Below the pieces are notes generated by a model, which saw only the letters and a program-made list of their open reading frames with translations, ran no database searches and was not told where the DNA came from. DNA of 64,000 nucleotides from Alphaproteobacteria bacterium. Its GTDB lineage: Bacteria; Pseudomonadota; Alphaproteobacteria; MPNO01. The stretch is from positions 3,328,001 to 3,392,000 of the forward strand of contig OZ219866.1 in assembly GCA_964291675.2 (NCBI GenBank), written 5' to 3'. The position numbers and the translations under genes were made by a program. Below, piece after piece: positions 20,102-30,385 of this stretch. Numbering within the stretch: position 1 is the first letter of the stretch; the number at the start of each line of letters is the position of its first letter.

Positions 20102-21679
20102 ATGAACCGGGTCCTCATCTCCGACAGGCTGAGCGAGCGCGCCGTCGGCGTCTTCGGCGAGCGCGGCATCGACGTCGATTTCGACCCCGGGCTGGCCTCC
20201 GAGGCGCTGCTGGAGCGGATCGGCGCGTATGACGGGCTCGCGGTGCGCTCGGCGACAAGGGTGACGTCCTCGGTGATCGAGGCCGGCGAGCGCCTCAGGG
20301 TGATCGGCCGCGCCGGGATCGGCGTCGACAATATCGACGTGCCCGCCGCCAGCGCGCGCGGCGTGGTGGTGATGAACACGCCGTTCGGCAATGCGGTGAC
20401 CACCGCCGAGCACGCCATCGCGCTGATGTTCGCGCTGGCCCGCCAGATCCCCGCCGCCGACCGCGAGACCCAGTCCGGCGCCTGGGACCGCGCCCGGTTC
20501 CTCGGCACCGAGCTCGCCGGCAAGACGCTCGGCATCGTCGGCTGCGGCAATGTCGGCTCGGTGGTCGCCGACCGGGCGCAGGGGCTCAAGATGCGGGTGC
20601 TGGTGCACGACCCCTATCTGGCGGCCGAGCGGGCCGAGCGGCTCGGCGTCGCCAGGGTGGCGCTCGACGAGCTGCTGGAGCGATCCGACGTGATCAGCCT
20701 GCACGTGCCGCTGACCGACCGGACGCGCGGCATCCTCGACGCCCGGGCGCTGGCCAGGACGCGCCCCGGGGTGCGCATCGTCAACTGCGCCCGCGGCGAG
20801 CTGGTCGATGCGCACGCGCTCGCCGACGCGCTGTCCTCGGGCCATGTCGGCGGGGTCGCCGTCGACGTCTATCCCGAGGAGCCGCCCGGCGACTACCCGC
20901 TGTTCGGCATGGCGGGCGTCGTCGCCACCCCGCATCTCGGCGCGTCGACCGCCGAGGCGCAGGAGAACGTCGCCGTCCAGATCGCCGAGCAGATGTCCGA
21001 CTACCTGCTCGACGGCGCGGTGCTGCACGCGATCAACATGCCGTCGTTCTCCAGCGAGGAATCGGCCCGTCTCGCGCCCTTCATGGATCTCGCGCGCCAG
21101 ATCGGCAGCCTCGCCGGCCAGGTCGCCGAGACCGGCTTCCGCGCCGTGGTGGTCGAGTACGACGGCGAGGCGGCGGAGCTCAACCCGCAGCCGATGACCG
21201 CTTCGCTGCTCGAAGGGCTGCTCGCGCCGATCGTCGATTCGGTCAACATCGTCAACGCGCCCATCGTCGCCCGCGAGCGCGGCATCCAGGTGACCGAGAC
21301 CAAGCACGCCAGGCGCTCCGACTACCCCTCGCTGATCCGCCTCACCGTGACCACCGAGCGGGCGACGCGGACCACCGCCGGCACGCTGTTCTCCAACCGC
21401 ATGCCGCGCATCGTCGAGCTCGACGGGATTCCCCTCGAAGCCTCGCTCGCCAGCAACATGCTGTACATGGTGAACCGCGACGAGCCGGGGTTCATCGGCC
21501 GGCTCGGCTCCTGCCTCGGCGACGCCGGGGTGAACATCGCGACCTTCCATCTCGGCCGCTCGGGCCCGCGCGAGAACGCGGTCAGCCTGATCTCGGTCGA
21601 CGGCACGATCCCGGCCTCGGTCCTCGACTGCGTGCGCGCGCTGCCCGGCGTGGTGCGGGCCCGCGCGCTCACCTTCTGA
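20102..21679 (+). CDS. serA: D-3-phosphoglycerate dehydrogenase
   Basis: GRAGIGVDNID, GCGNVG, NCARGELVD, PHLGASTAEAQ, C-terminal ACT domain. Confidence 0.97.
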   Translation: MNRVLISDRLSERAVGVFGERGIDVDFDPGLASEALLERIGAYDGLAVRSATRVTSSVIEAGERLRVIGRAGIGVDNIDVPAASARGVVVMNTPFGNAVTTAEHAIALMFALARQIPAADRETQSGAWDRARFLGTELAGKTLGIVGCGNVGSVVADRAQGLKMRVLVHDPYLAAERAERLGVARVALDELLERSDVISLHVPLTDRTRGILDARALARTRPGVRIVNCARGELVDAHALADALSSGHVGGVAVDVYPEEPPGDYPLFGMAGVVATPHLGASTAEAQENVAVQIAEQMSDYLLDGAVLHAINMPSFSSEESARLAPFMDLARQIGSLAGQVAETGFRAVVVEYDGEAAELNPQPMTASLLEGLLAPIVDSVNIVNAPIVARERGIQVTETKHARRSDYPSLIRLTVTTERATRTTAGTLFSNRMPRIVELDGIPLEASLASNMLYMVNRDEPGFIGRLGSCLGDAGVNIATFHLGRSGPRENAVSLISVDGTIPASVLDCVRALPGVVRARALTF

Positions 21680-21692
21680 CGGGGGCGGGGCG

Positions 21693-22850
21693 ATGAACGA
21701 GGGGGACCGCCGCGCGCTGCTGCCCTCCGGGCTGCGCGACGTGCTGCCGCCCGCCGCCGCCCAGGAGGCCGGCGTGGTCGAGCGGCTGATCGGCCTGTTC
21801 GAGCTCAACGGCTACGAGCGGGTCAAGGCGCCGCTGGTCGAGTTCGAGGAGGGGCTGCTGTCGGGCGCGGGCGCGGCGATCGCCTCCGAGACCTTCCGCC
21901 TGATGGACCCCGCCTCGCAGCGCATGATGGGGGTGCGCGCCGACATCACCCCGCAGGTCGCGCGCATCGCGGCGAGCCGGCTGAAGGACGCGCCGCGCCC
22001 GCTGCGCCTCTGCTACGCCGGCGACGTGCTCAGGATCAACGGCACCCATCTCCGCCCCGAACGCCAGTTCACCCAGGTGGGGATGGAGCTGATCGGCTCC
22101 GACGAGCCCGCCGCCGACGCCGAGATCGTGGTGCTCGCCGCCGAGGCGCTGACCCTGGTCGGCGCCGCCGACATCGCGATCGACCTCACCATGCCGCCGC
22201 TCGCGCCCGCGGTGTGCGCCGCGCACGGCCGCGAGCTCGCCGCCGACGCGGCGCTGCGCGAGGCGATCGACCACAAGGACGCCGCGGCGATCGCGGCGCT
22301 CGGCGGCGGGCTCGCCGACACGCTGGGCGCGCTGCTCGCCGCCGCCGGCCCGGCCGAGAGCTGCCAGGCGGCGCTCGATGCGCTCGACCTGCCGCCCGGC
22401 CCGGCCGGGGTGCGCCGCCGCCTCGCCGGGGTGATCTCCGAGATCCGCGCCGCCGCGCCCGAGCTCAGGCTCACCGCCGACCCGCTGGAGAACCGCGGCT
22501 TCGAGTACCACACCGGGATCTGCTTCACGATCTTCCCCGACGGCGTGCGCGGCGAGCTCGCCAGCGGCGGGCGCTACGTCACCGGCGCCGACGGGGACGG
22601 CGCGGGCGGCGAGCTCGGCACCGGCGTCACCCTCTATGTCGACACCATCCTGCGCTCGGTGCCGGCGCCGAGGGGGCCGCGCCGCGTGTTCCTGCCGCCC
22701 GGCACCGCGCCGGCGACCGGCCGCGCGCTCCGGGCCGAGGGCTGGATCACCGTCGCCGGGCTCGAGCCGGCGGCCGCGCCGGAGGCGGAGGCAGCCCGGC
22801 TCGGCTGCACCCATCACTGCCGCGCCGGCCGCGTGCTCCCGGTGGGCTGA
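21693..22850 (+). CDS. hisZ: ATP phosphoribosyltransferase regulatory subunit
   Basis: [41 protein letters not shown]; lies upstream of purA. Confidence 0.92.
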   Translation: MNEGDRRALLPSGLRDVLPPAAAQEAGVVERLIGLFELNGYERVKAPLVEFEEGLLSGAGAAIASETFRLMDPASQRMMGVRADITPQVARIAASRLKDAPRPLRLCYAGDVLRINGTHLRPERQFTQVGMELIGSDEPAADAEIVVLAAEALTLVGAADIAIDLTMPPLAPAVCAAHGRELAADAALREAIDHKDAAAIAALGGGLADTLGALLAAAGPAESCQAALDALDLPPGPAGVRRRLAGVISEIRAAAPELRLTADPLENRGFEYHTGICFTIFPDGVRGELASGGRYVTGADGDGAGGELGTGVTLYVDTILRSVPAPRGPRRVFLPPGTAPATGRALRAEGWITVAGLEPAAAPEAEAARLGCTHHCRAGRVLPVG

Positions 22851-22860
22851 GGCCGGGCCG

Positions 22861-24153
22861 ATGGCGAACGTCGCGGTGGTCGGCTCGCAATGGGGCGACG
22901 AGGGCAAGGGCAAGATCGTCGACTGGCTGTCCGAGCGCGCCGACGTGGTGGTGCGCTTCCAGGGCGGGCACAACGCCGGCCACACCCTGGTGATCGACGG
23001 CCGGACCTACAAGCTCAGCCTGCTGCCCTCCGGCGTGGTGCGCCCGGGCAAGCTCTCGATCGTCGGCAGCGGCGTGGTGGTCGACCCGTGGGCGCTGTTG
23101 GACGAGATCGACGCGGTGCGCGGCATGGGCGTCGACGTGAGCCCCGAGACCTTCTGCGTCGCCGAGAACGCGTGCCTGATCCTGCCGCTGCACCCGGCGC
23201 TCGACCACGCCCGCGAGGCGGCGAGGGGTGCTGCGCGCATCGGCACCACCGGGCGGGGCATCGGCCCGGCCTATGAGGACAAGGTCGGGCGCCGGGCGAT
23301 CCGGCTCTGCGACCTCGCCGATGCGGACGGGCTTGCGCCGCGCGTGGACCAGCTGCTCGAGCACCACAACGCGCTGCTGCGCGGGCTCGGCGCCGAGCCG
23401 TTCGACCGCGGCGACCTGCTCGACAAGCTGCGCCGGGTGGCGCCGCGCATCCTGCCCTTCGCCGCCCCGGTCTGGCTCCGCCTCGACGAGGCCAGGCGGG
23501 CGGGCAGGCGCATCCTGTTCGAGGGCGCGCAGGGTGCGATGCTCGATGTCGACCACGGCACCTACCCCTATGTCACCTCGTCCAACACCCTGGCCGGCCA
23601 GGCGGCGGCCGGCAGCGGGCTCGGCCCGCGCGCGATCGACTACGTGCTCGGCATCACCAAGGCCTACACCACCCGCGTCGGCTCGGGGCCGTTCCCGACC
23701 GAGCAGGACAACGATATCGGCCAGGTTCTCGGCGAGCGCGGCCGCGAGTTCGGCACCGTCACCGGGCGCAAGCGGCGCTGCGGCTGGTTCGACGCGGTGA
23801 TGGTGCGCCAGGCGATCCGCTTCGCCGGGATCGACGGCATCGCGCTCACCAAGCTCGACGTGCTCGACGGCATGGCGGAGCTGAAAGTGTGCACCGGCTA
23901 CGAGACCGCGGACGGGAAGCTCGACCGCTTCCCCGCCTCGGCGCTGGGCCAGGCGACTGTGCGCCCGGTCTACGAGACCCTCGCCGGCTGGCAGGACAGC
24001 ACCAGGGGCGCGCGGAGCTGGGCCGAGCTGCCGGCCGATGCGGTAAAATACATCCGCCGCATCGAGGAGCTGATCGATTCCCCCGTCGCCCTGCTCTCGA
24101 CCAGCCCCGAGCGCGAGGATACGGTGATGGTGCGCGACCCGTTCGCCGCCTGA
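22861..24153 (+). CDS. purA: Adenylosuccinate synthetase
   Basis: [37 protein letters not shown]. Confidence 0.98.
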   Translation: MANVAVVGSQWGDEGKGKIVDWLSERADVVVRFQGGHNAGHTLVIDGRTYKLSLLPSGVVRPGKLSIVGSGVVVDPWALLDEIDAVRGMGVDVSPETFCVAENACLILPLHPALDHAREAARGAARIGTTGRGIGPAYEDKVGRRAIRLCDLADADGLAPRVDQLLEHHNALLRGLGAEPFDRGDLLDKLRRVAPRILPFAAPVWLRLDEARRAGRRILFEGAQGAMLDVDHGTYPYVTSSNTLAGQAAAGSGLGPRAIDYVLGITKAYTTRVGSGPFPTEQDNDIGQVLGERGREFGTVTGRKRRCGWFDAVMVRQAIRFAGIDGIALTKLDVLDGMAELKVCTGYETADGKLDRFPASALGQATVRPVYETLAGWQDSTRGARSWAELPADAVKYIRRIEELIDSPVALLSTSPEREDTVMVRDPFAA

Positions 24154-24187
24154 CCGGCGCGGCTTCCAGGAGGACGCAAGCGAAGCA

Positions 24188-24988
24188 ATGCCAAAGCCAC
24201 TGGTCGGCATCATCGGCTCCAGGCACCTGGTCAACGACCGCTACCCGGCGCAGCTCGTGGGCGAGAAGAATCTGCGCGCCGTCGCCGAGGTCGCCGGCGC
24301 GCTGCCGGTGATGTTCGCCGGCGCGCCCGACGTGACCGATATCGCCGCGCTGCTCGATGCCGTCGACGGGGTGCTGCTGACCGGCGGGCGGTCCAACGTC
24401 CATCCGGCGCATTTCAACGTCGAGCCCAGCCCGAGCCACGAGCCCTACGACCGGGAGCGCGACGCGGTGGCGCTGCAAGTGACCGAGGCCTGTATCGCGC
24501 GCGGCGTGCCGATCCTCGGCCTCTGCCGCGGCATCCAGGAGATGGGGGTCGCCTTCGGCAGCACCCTGCATCCCGAGATCCGAGACCTGCCCGGGCGCAT
24601 CAACCACCGCGCCACGCGGCTGGCGAACGGCGAGATCCATCCCGACCAGGACGTCGTGTTCGCCGACCGCCACGACGTGCGCCTGGTCCCGGGCGGCATT
24701 TTCGCGCGCCTGTTCGGCCGCGAGACCGTCCGCGTCAACTCGCTGCACGGCCAGGGCATATTGGAGCCCGGCGCGCGCGTCGTCGTCGAGGGGGTGGCCG
24801 AGGACGGCACCATCGAGGCCATCCGCATCGCCGGCGCCCCCGGCTTCGCGCTCGGCGTCCAGTGGCATGCCGAGCACGACCCGCAGACCAACCCGGTCAA
24901 CCGAGCCCTGTTCCGCGCCTTCGGCGCGGCGGTCAGGGAGGGCGGGCATCCTTCGATACGCCCGCCTTCGACGGGCTACTCAGGATGA
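24188..24988 (+). CDS. Gamma-glutamyl-gamma-aminobutyrate hydrolase family (peptidase C26)
   Basis: GVLLTGG, GLCRGIQE nucleophile elbow, VNSLHGQG, GVQWHAE; last about 13 codons and the stop come from a REP. Confidence 0.92.
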   Translation: MPKPLVGIIGSRHLVNDRYPAQLVGEKNLRAVAEVAGALPVMFAGAPDVTDIAALLDAVDGVLLTGGRSNVHPAHFNVEPSPSHEPYDRERDAVALQVTEACIARGVPILGLCRGIQEMGVAFGSTLHPEIRDLPGRINHRATRLANGEIHPDQDVVFADRHDVRLVPGGIFARLFGRETVRVNSLHGQGILEPGARVVVEGVAEDGTIEAIRIAGAPGFALGVQWHAEHDPQTNPVNRALFRAFGAAVREGGHPSIRPPSTGYSG

Positions 24989-25145
24989 GGGGTGGGGGCA
25001 AGGGTTTTCGCCTCATCCTGAGTAGGCCCCGCAGGGGCCGTATCGAAGGGCGCCCCCTCCGGGGGCTACTCAGGATGCGGATGGGGTGGTATCTCTGAAG
25101 AATACTCCCCTCATCCCGAGTAGGCGCGAAGCGCCGTTTCGAGGG
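24948..25145. repeat. Family B REP cluster (inverted pairs)
   Basis: CCTTCGATACGCCCGCC-TTC-GACGGGCTACTCAGGATGAGG and inverted CCTCATCCTGAGTAGGCCCCGCAGGGGCCGTATCGAAGG. Confidence 0.9.
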
Positions 25146-25150
25146 ACGCC

Positions 25151-26752
25151 ATGCCCGATCCCGCCAGACTCGACGCGCTGATCGTCGGCGCCGGCTTCGC
25201 CGGGCTCTACATGCTGCACAAGCTGCGCGGCGCGGGCTTCGCCGCGCGCGCGGTCGAGGCGGCCTCCGGCGTCGGCGGCACCTGGTACTGGAACCGCTAC
25301 CCCGGCGCGCGCTGCGACGTGGAGAGCATGTTCTACTGCTACCAGTTCGACGACGCGCTGTCGCGGGACTGGGAGTGGACCGAGCGCTACCCCGCGCAGG
25401 CGGAGATCCTGCGCTACGCCGAGCACGTCGCCGACCGGTTCGACCTCTGGCCCGACATCTCGCTCGACACAAGCGTCGCCGCGGCGGCGTGGGACGGGGA
25501 TGAAGCCCGCTGGCGGGTCGCGACCGACGCCGGCGACGAATATCTCGCCCGATACTGCATCATGGCGACCGGCTGCCTGTCGGCGGCGAACCGGCCGGAT
25601 TTCGCCGGGCTCGACGATTTCGCCGGGCGGGTGTTCCACACCGGGCGCTGGCCGCACGAGACGGTCGATTTCTCGGGAAGGCTGGTGGGCGTGGTCGGCA
25701 CCGGCTCCTCGGCGGTGCAGGCGATCCCGGAGATCGCCAGGGAGGCCGCCCGCGTCACCGTGTTCCAGCGCACGGCGAGCTATGTCGTGCCGGCGAAGAA
25801 CCGGCCGCTCGATGCCGCCGAGCAGGCCGACATCAAGGCGCGCTACCCCGAGCTCCGCGCCGCCGCGAGAAAGACCTTTGGCGGGTTCGCGGTGGCCATC
25901 GCCCAGCAATCCGCGCTCGCGGTGCCGGAAGACGAGTGCCGCGCGACGCTGGCCCGCGCCTGGGACCAGGGCGGGATCGGCTTTCTGAACGCCTATCGCG
26001 ATTTCGGCTTCGACGAGGCGGCGAACCGGCGGGCGCAGGATTTCGTCCGCCAGAAGATCCGCGAGACCGTCAGCGACCCCGAGACCGCCGAGAAGCTCAC
26101 GCCCCGGCACGTGATCGGCTGCAAGCGGCTCTCCCTCGGCGACGACTACTACGCCGCCTTCAACCGGCCCAATGTCGAGCTGGTGCCGCTCGGCGAGGAC
26201 GGGATCGGCCGCATCCTGCCGGGTGGGCTCGTCGCGGGCGGCCGGGAATACGCGTTCGACGACCTGGTGCTGGCCACCGGTTTCGATGCGATGACCGGCG
26301 CGCTCGCCCGCATCGACATACGCGGCAGGGGCGGGCGCGCCCTCGCCGAGGCGTGGCAGGCGGGGCCGCGCATGTATCTCGGCCTGATGTCGAACGGCTT
26401 CCCCAACCTGTTCGCGATAACCGGCCCCGGCAGCCCCTCGGTGCTGTCCAACATGATGCCGACCATCGAGCACCACGTGGAGTGGATCGCCGCCTGCCTG
26501 GAATACCTGCGCGACAAGGGGGTCCGCGAGATCGAGCCCGCGCTGGAGGCCCAGGACGCGTGGGTCGAGCACGGCAACGAGGTGGCCTCGAAGACGCTGC
26601 GCTACAACTGCAGCTCGTGGTATCTCGGCGCCAACGTCCCCGGCAAGCCGCGCGTCTTCATGCCCTATATCGGCGGCATGCCGTCCTACATGGAGAAATG
26701 CGCCGCCGTCGCGGAGTCGGGCTATGAGGGGTTCGAGCTGACCCCGGGGTGA
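25151..26752 (+). CDS. Baeyer-Villiger monooxygenase (cyclohexanone/phenylacetone monooxygenase family)
   Basis: GAGFAG, GGTWYWNRYPGARCD, FAGRVFHTGRWP (FxGxxxHxxxWP), GTGSSA, ATGFDA. Confidence 0.95.
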   Translation: MPDPARLDALIVGAGFAGLYMLHKLRGAGFAARAVEAASGVGGTWYWNRYPGARCDVESMFYCYQFDDALSRDWEWTERYPAQAEILRYAEHVADRFDLWPDISLDTSVAAAAWDGDEARWRVATDAGDEYLARYCIMATGCLSAANRPDFAGLDDFAGRVFHTGRWPHETVDFSGRLVGVVGTGSSAVQAIPEIAREAARVTVFQRTASYVVPAKNRPLDAAEQADIKARYPELRAAARKTFGGFAVAIAQQSALAVPEDECRATLARAWDQGGIGFLNAYRDFGFDEAANRRAQDFVRQKIRETVSDPETAEKLTPRHVIGCKRLSLGDDYYAAFNRPNVELVPLGEDGIGRILPGGLVAGGREYAFDDLVLATGFDAMTGALARIDIRGRGGRALAEAWQAGPRMYLGLMSNGFPNLFAITGPGSPSVLSNMMPTIEHHVEWIAACLEYLRDKGVREIEPALEAQDAWVEHGNEVASKTLRYNCSSWYLGANVPGKPRVFMPYIGGMPSYMEKCAAVAESGYEGFELTPG

Positions 26753-26756
26753 GGGG

Positions 26757-26872
26757 CGTCCTTCGATACGCCCGCCTGCGGCGGGCTACTCAGGATGAGG
26801 GATTGGGGCGGTGGACGGCCCGACACCCTGCCCTCATCCCGAGCAGGCCCCCGCAGGGGCCGTATCGAGGGA
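26757..26872. repeat. Family B REP inverted pair
   Basis: Forward copy starts about 4 nt after the BVMO stop; inverted copy at about 26832-26872. Confidence 0.9.
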
Positions 26873-26909
26873 TGGGCTGGACAAAAATCCCCTGATATGA
26901 AAAAACCGC

Positions 26910-26938
26910 TTGACATGGGACGCGTTTTGGGGTATATT
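26910..26938 (+). promoter_or_regulatory. Near-consensus sigma70 promoter
   Basis: TTGACA-17 nt-TATATT with A-rich upstream sequence. Confidence 0.7.
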
Positions 26939-26956
26939 TGCCACAGTGGCCAAATA

Positions 26957-26984
26957 GGGCGCCGGAAGAGCCGGCGCCCTTTTT
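26957..26984 (+). terminator. Intrinsic terminator-like hairpin right after the promoter
   Basis: GGGCGCCGG-AAGAG-CCGGCGCCC-TTTTT. Confidence 0.65.
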
Positions 26985-27029
26985 CGTGCCCGGACGGTCC
27001 CGCGCGGCGCGGCAGGGAGAGCAGCGGCT

Positions 27030-27629
27030 ATGGACGGACGCCCGATCGGCTGGCTGGACCGGGTCGAGCCGGGCGACGTCTGGCCCGGCGAGCGCGCCGA
27101 TTTCGTCCCCTGGCTGGCGGCGCCGGAGGCCCTGCGGCGGCTCGGCGAGGCGCTCCGGCTCGAGCTCGAGCCGCAGGCGCTGGAGCGGCGGGTCGGGCGG
27201 TTCCGCGCCGATCTCCTGTGCCGCGACGCCGCCAGCGGATCGCCGGTGGTGATCGAGGCCCAGCTCGGGCGTTCCGACCACCGCCATCTCGGCCAGGTCC
27301 TGGCCTACGCGGCGGGGCTCGACGCCGCCGCCGTGGTCTGGCTGGCGGCGCGGTTTTGCGACGAGCATTTGGTGGCGATCGACTGGCTGAACCGCCCCGG
27401 CGACAGCCTCGCCCGCTTCTTCGCGGTCGAGATCGCGGCGTGGCGGGCGGGCGAGGCGGGCATCGCGGCACGGTTCGACGTGATCGCCCGGCCTCCCGAC
27501 TGGCCCGCCCCGGCCGAAGAGCGCAAGCCGCTCCGCCCGCAGCCGGTGCGCGGCGCGGTGCGCTGGACCGGCCCGCGCCGTCCCGACGGCGGCCGGGCAG
27601 GGCCCAGGCGGCTGGCGATCGCGGGGTGA
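27030..27629 (+). CDS. PD-(D/E)XK nuclease-like domain (N-terminal part of DUF4268-type proteins), C-terminal domain absent
   Basis: VWPGERADFVPWL, VGRFRADLLC, VVIEAQLGRSDHRHLGQVLAYAAG, DEHLVAIDWLN. Confidence 0.75.
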   Translation: MDGRPIGWLDRVEPGDVWPGERADFVPWLAAPEALRRLGEALRLELEPQALERRVGRFRADLLCRDAASGSPVVIEAQLGRSDHRHLGQVLAYAAGLDAAAVVWLAARFCDEHLVAIDWLNRPGDSLARFFAVEIAAWRAGEAGIAARFDVIARPPDWPAPAEERKPLRPQPVRGAVRWTGPRRPDGGRAGPRRLAIAG

Positions 27630-27637
27630 GCGGGGGG

Positions 27638-30385
27638 CTACTCCGGGGCGACGGCGCCGAAGCTCCCGATCACGTTGTTGTCGTTCTTCTGGAACATGCC
27701 GGCGGCTTCCCGGTGCGCCGGGCCGAAGAAGCCGCCTTCCACGTAGCCGCCGTCGAAGCCGCCAAACGTGCCGTCGGAGGAGAGGGGGACGTTCGCGAAA
27801 CCGAAATTCGCCACCTCGCGCCGCAAGTCCATGCTCCTGACGCCGGAGAAGCCGATGTCGACCCGGTCGCGGCCGAACGAGACGCGCACGCTCGCGCGGC
27901 CCTCCACGAACGGGTCCTCGCCGGCCTCCAGGCCGGACTGGTATCCGACCATCCGCCCGTCCCAGCTCGCCCCGCCGGTCGGGCGGGTTCCGGCGAGGTC
28001 GCCCTGGAAGCCGGTTCCGCGGATGGAATGGTTCGACACCGAGCCGTCCTCCGACTCCCAGCCGTGGAAGCGGTAGAACCCGGTGCCGAACGCGGCGTGC
28101 CGCATGGTCCCGTAATAGCCGTCCTGCTGGAACCGTCCCGTGCCCCCGTCGGTGCCGTGGGCGGCGCGCCGGGCGATGCGGATCGCGCCATGATCGGCGA
28201 CCATGTCTTGGGACAGCCACTCGCCCCAGCCGGCCGTCCAGCCGAGCACGCGCTCGCGGGGCGTCCGCTCTCCCGAGGCGGCCACTTCGTACCAGTCATT
28301 GCCCGCTTGCCACCAGTTGAACCTGCCCTCGCAGCCGGACCCGCACCGGTACCGGTACCATCCGTCCGTGCCTTCGCCGGTGCCGTGCTGGGACGTCATG
28401 CCCCTGAGGTGGTCCGCCTCGGCGATCACGTCGTCGCGCCCGGGTCTCTCGTCGTGCCTCGCGCCGAAGCTCGCGACCAGCCCGGCCCGGGGATCGTCGA
28501 GCGTGCCGGCGACCTCCTCGTGCCGCGGTCCGTAGAAATCGGCCGCGAGAGACACCCCGGGGGAGTCGCCGGTTATCCCGTCATCCGTCACCGCGATCGG
28601 ATAGTGCAGGCTGCCTCCGGCGAAGAGGTGGCGCCGTCCCTCGTACAAGGTCCGCAGCGAGGTGAAGCTCGCCTTGCCGGTCATGGTATCGAGAACGACC
28701 GCGAGATTCGCATGGCCATGGACCGGGGGAAGGCCGGGCAGCTCGACCGCGGTGCCGATCAGCCCGCCCGAGTAGCGCACCGTCCCGGCGAGCGGGAAGG
28801 AGCGGGCGAGAGCGCCGCTGCTGGGATCGCCGAACGCATCGGCCTCGGCCCACAGCAGATCCACCGTGTCCAGGCTGCGGAACCCGGCGCCCGAGATCGA
28901 GTAGCGCGGCTGCGGGTCGGCGAGCGACACCTTCAGCTCGCGCGACACCGAGAGCGTGAAGGCCGAATGGTCCATCCAGCCCGCCAGCCCGTAGGTCTCC
29001 GGCCGGTCGGTCGGCGGCCCGATCGACATCCCGATATCGGCGAGGAAGGCGAAATCGATCTCCGCGGGCAGGAACGCGGGTATGCCGCCGGATTGCGTGC
29101 AATAGGCCATGACCGACGCGCAGACCCCGCTATGCGCGTAGTCGATCTGCCCAGCGTCGGAGCTGCGCTCCCCGCCATGCCAGCCATGCGTATCGTCGGC
29201 GTCCTGGAACGGCGCAGGCCCGCCATGGACCGCCATCACGTGCGGACCTCTCCAGGTGCCGGCCTCGCGGTCGATATAGGAAGCAAGCCGTTCCTCGACC
29301 GCCTCGCCGAACCACGAACCGATCACGTGGCCGATCTCGTGCACCATCACGTGGAAGAGCGAGCTTTCCGTCGCCTCTTCCAGGTAGCTCTCGTCGAGTG
29401 CGAGTGCGCCGCTATGCGGTTCCCAGACGGCGCCCGGCCGCAGGCTCCGGGCACCGCCCCTCCCGTCGGCTTCGCCCAGATCGGCCCCGGTCACGTATAT
29501 GACGAGGCCGGTGCTGGTCTCGCCGCCCGGCCCGACGCGGATCTCGCTCCCGTCGGCGCCGCGGTCTCCGATCAGGCGGCCCTTGGACTCGCCGAACCCG
29601 CGCTCCCAGGCCTGCCACGTGTCGCCGATGCGCCGGCTCCAGGCCTTGCCCGCCCGTTCGAGCGCCGCCCCGACCGAGGGGTCCTCGCGCAGCTTGCCGG
29701 TCGCATATTGGAGGTCGAAATCGATGGACAGCGTATCCGCCGGACCGCCGGCCCAGCGTCCATAGGCGATGCCGCGCCCGCGGCCCAGCATGGTGACGGT
29801 ATCGCCGTCCGCGAACCCGGGGACCGCCCGCCCGGCGCCGGCCTCCCGCGCGTCCTCCAGCAACGCCAGGAAATCGCCGATGTCGCCGTCGGGGTCCGCC
29901 GCCGCCGACAGCCCGGCCGACAGCGGGTCGCCGCGGCGGTGCCCCCAGTGGTCGAGCAGGTCGTCCGCCTCGACGTTGTTCCTGGGGCGCAGCGACACGC
30001 GCCGCCCGCCGGGCGGAGACCCGTCCGCCGACAGGCGGCCGGCCTCCGGCCCCGCGGCCTCCGGCGCGGCCGCGCCGGCGACGAGCGGGTCGAGGGCCGG
30101 GGCGGGACCCGCCGCGGCCGGGCCGGGCGCCCGGTCCCGCGTGACGGCTTGCCCGGTCCCGGCGCCGCCGCCGGCCGGCGTCACGGCGGGAGCGCGCGGC
30201 CCGACGGTCTGGCCCGGACCGATGCAGGACGTGGCCAGCAGGGTCGAGGCCAAGGCCGCGGCGGCGACGGTGCAGCGCCGGCGAAGCGCGCGCCGCGCGA
30301 TGTCCCGGCTCGCCCCCGCCACGGCGCAGGGCGTCCCGGAGTCCGAGAGCCGAAGCGCCGCTTCGAACGCGTCGTCGACCGTCAT
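27638..30385 (-). CDS. Surface lipoprotein with zinc metalloprotease (metzincin-like) domain and two TbpB-like beta-barrel segments
   Basis: Lipobox LLATS-C, Pro/Ala linker, HEIGH motif, downstream HSG and SVMAY Met-turn, FYGPRHEEVAGTL and FFGPAHREAAGMF barrel motifs. Confidence 0.75.
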   Translation of the reverse strand: MTVDDAFEAALRLSDSGTPCAVAGASRDIARRALRRRCTVAAAALASTLLATSCIGPGQTVGPRAPAVTPAGGGAGTGQAVTRDRAPGPAAAGPAPALDPLVAGAAAPEAAGPEAGRLSADGSPPGGRRVSLRPRNNVEADDLLDHWGHRRGDPLSAGLSAAADPDGDIGDFLALLEDAREAGAGRAVPGFADGDTVTMLGRGRGIAYGRWAGGPADTLSIDFDLQYATGKLREDPSVGAALERAGKAWSRRIGDTWQAWERGFGESKGRLIGDRGADGSEIRVGPGGETSTGLVIYVTGADLGEADGRGGARSLRPGAVWEPHSGALALDESYLEEATESSLFHVMVHEIGHVIGSWFGEAVEERLASYIDREAGTWRGPHVMAVHGGPAPFQDADDTHGWHGGERSSDAGQIDYAHSGVCASVMAYCTQSGGIPAFLPAEIDFAFLADIGMSIGPPTDRPETYGLAGWMDHSAFTLSVSRELKVSLADPQPRYSISGAGFRSLDTVDLLWAEADAFGDPSSGALARSFPLAGTVRYSGGLIGTAVELPGLPPVHGHANLAVVLDTMTGKASFTSLRTLYEGRRHLFAGGSLHYPIAVTDDGITGDSPGVSLAADFYGPRHEEVAGTLDDPRAGLVASFGARHDERPGRDDVIAEADHLRGMTSQHGTGEGTDGWYRYRCGSGCEGRFNWWQAGNDWYEVAASGERTPRERVLGWTAGWGEWLSQDMVADHGAIRIARRAAHGTDGGTGRFQQDGYYGTMRHAAFGTGFYRFHGWESEDGSVSNHSIRGTGFQGDLAGTRPTGGASWDGRMVGYQSGLEAGEDPFVEGRASVRVSFGRDRVDIGFSGVRSMDLRREVANFGFANVPLSSDGTFGGFDGGYVEGGFFGPAHREAAGMFQKNDNNVIGSFGAVAPE

